Shown one piece after another: positions 63,770 through 64,000 of a DNA stretch of 64,000 bases. Position 1 is the stretch's first letter. Each line of letters starts with the position of its first letter. The position numbers and the translations under genes are program-made. Source of the stretch: Octopus sinensis (lineage: Eukaryota); NCBI RefSeq assembly GCF_006345805.1, contig NW_021826031.1:248001-312000 (forward strand), given 5' to 3'. Under the pieces are notes generated by a model. That model ran no database searches. It was not told the origin of the DNA and saw nothing but the letters and a program-made list of their open reading frames with translations.

Positions 63770-64000
63770 TGTCACATGGGCGGCGCGTTACGCATGGGCA
63801 GCCTGTTGCATTTTTTGACCTCGAAAATGTCTTTTGATCATTATCCCACATTTAATTTTGTATATTCGATTTTTATTGTTATTTATCCTATTAGATGATA
63901 TTTAGCATGAATGATTATTTTGTTGCAATGGCTTCTTACAAGGGTTTTGTAAAAGATTGCGTTGAATATCAAATTTTAAAAGATGCTTTACATGATAAAT
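63770..64000. mobile_element. Start of another Ginger-like element (runs off the window)
   Basis: TGTCACATGGGCGGCGCGTTACGCATGGGCAGCCTGTTGCATTTTTTGACC closely resembles the TIR at 20397. Confidence 0.6.

Overview
AT-rich eukaryotic (animal) genomic DNA, not prokaryotic. Genes are split by very short GT-AG introns (22-30 nt), which fragments the ORF track. Together with an innexin and IFT70, this points by inference to a dicyemid mesozoan. Host genes recognised by motif: cyclin L, innexin, RAB27, QTRT1, NEK6/7, DGAT1, ADAR, BRF1, GEMIN8, IFT70/TTC30, POLR2I (RPB9), SNAPC3 and a diaphanous formin. Two further spliced genes are missing from the ORF track: a SAM-like gene and an orphan with a signal-peptide-like N-terminus. 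Two gene islands (0.5-18.9 kb, 35.5-42.2 kb) alternate with transposon-dense blocks (19-35 kb, 42.5-60 kb) containing LINE fragments, hAT, pogo/Tigger, Ginger-like and Helitron elements, many with readable TIRs and TSDs. Most notable: (1) a 613-bp TIR element carrying a strictly alternating CCCTAA/CCCTGA telomere-like array, belonging to a TGTGAC-ended family with 5-bp TSDs; (2) a selenocysteine tRNA with compensatory stems directly downstream of a LINE tail; (3) two Pol III A/B-box elements, one a structured SINE-like RNA and one beside BRF1; (4) two local ~2.2-kb duplications, each fused at a breakpoint to a fragment of an unrelated host gene (SNAPC4::DIAPH, POR::unknown gene); (5) a nested transposon stack with intact TSDs. 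Everything was read by eye with no database searches. Family names come from remembered motifs, and the ends of decayed fragments are approximate.
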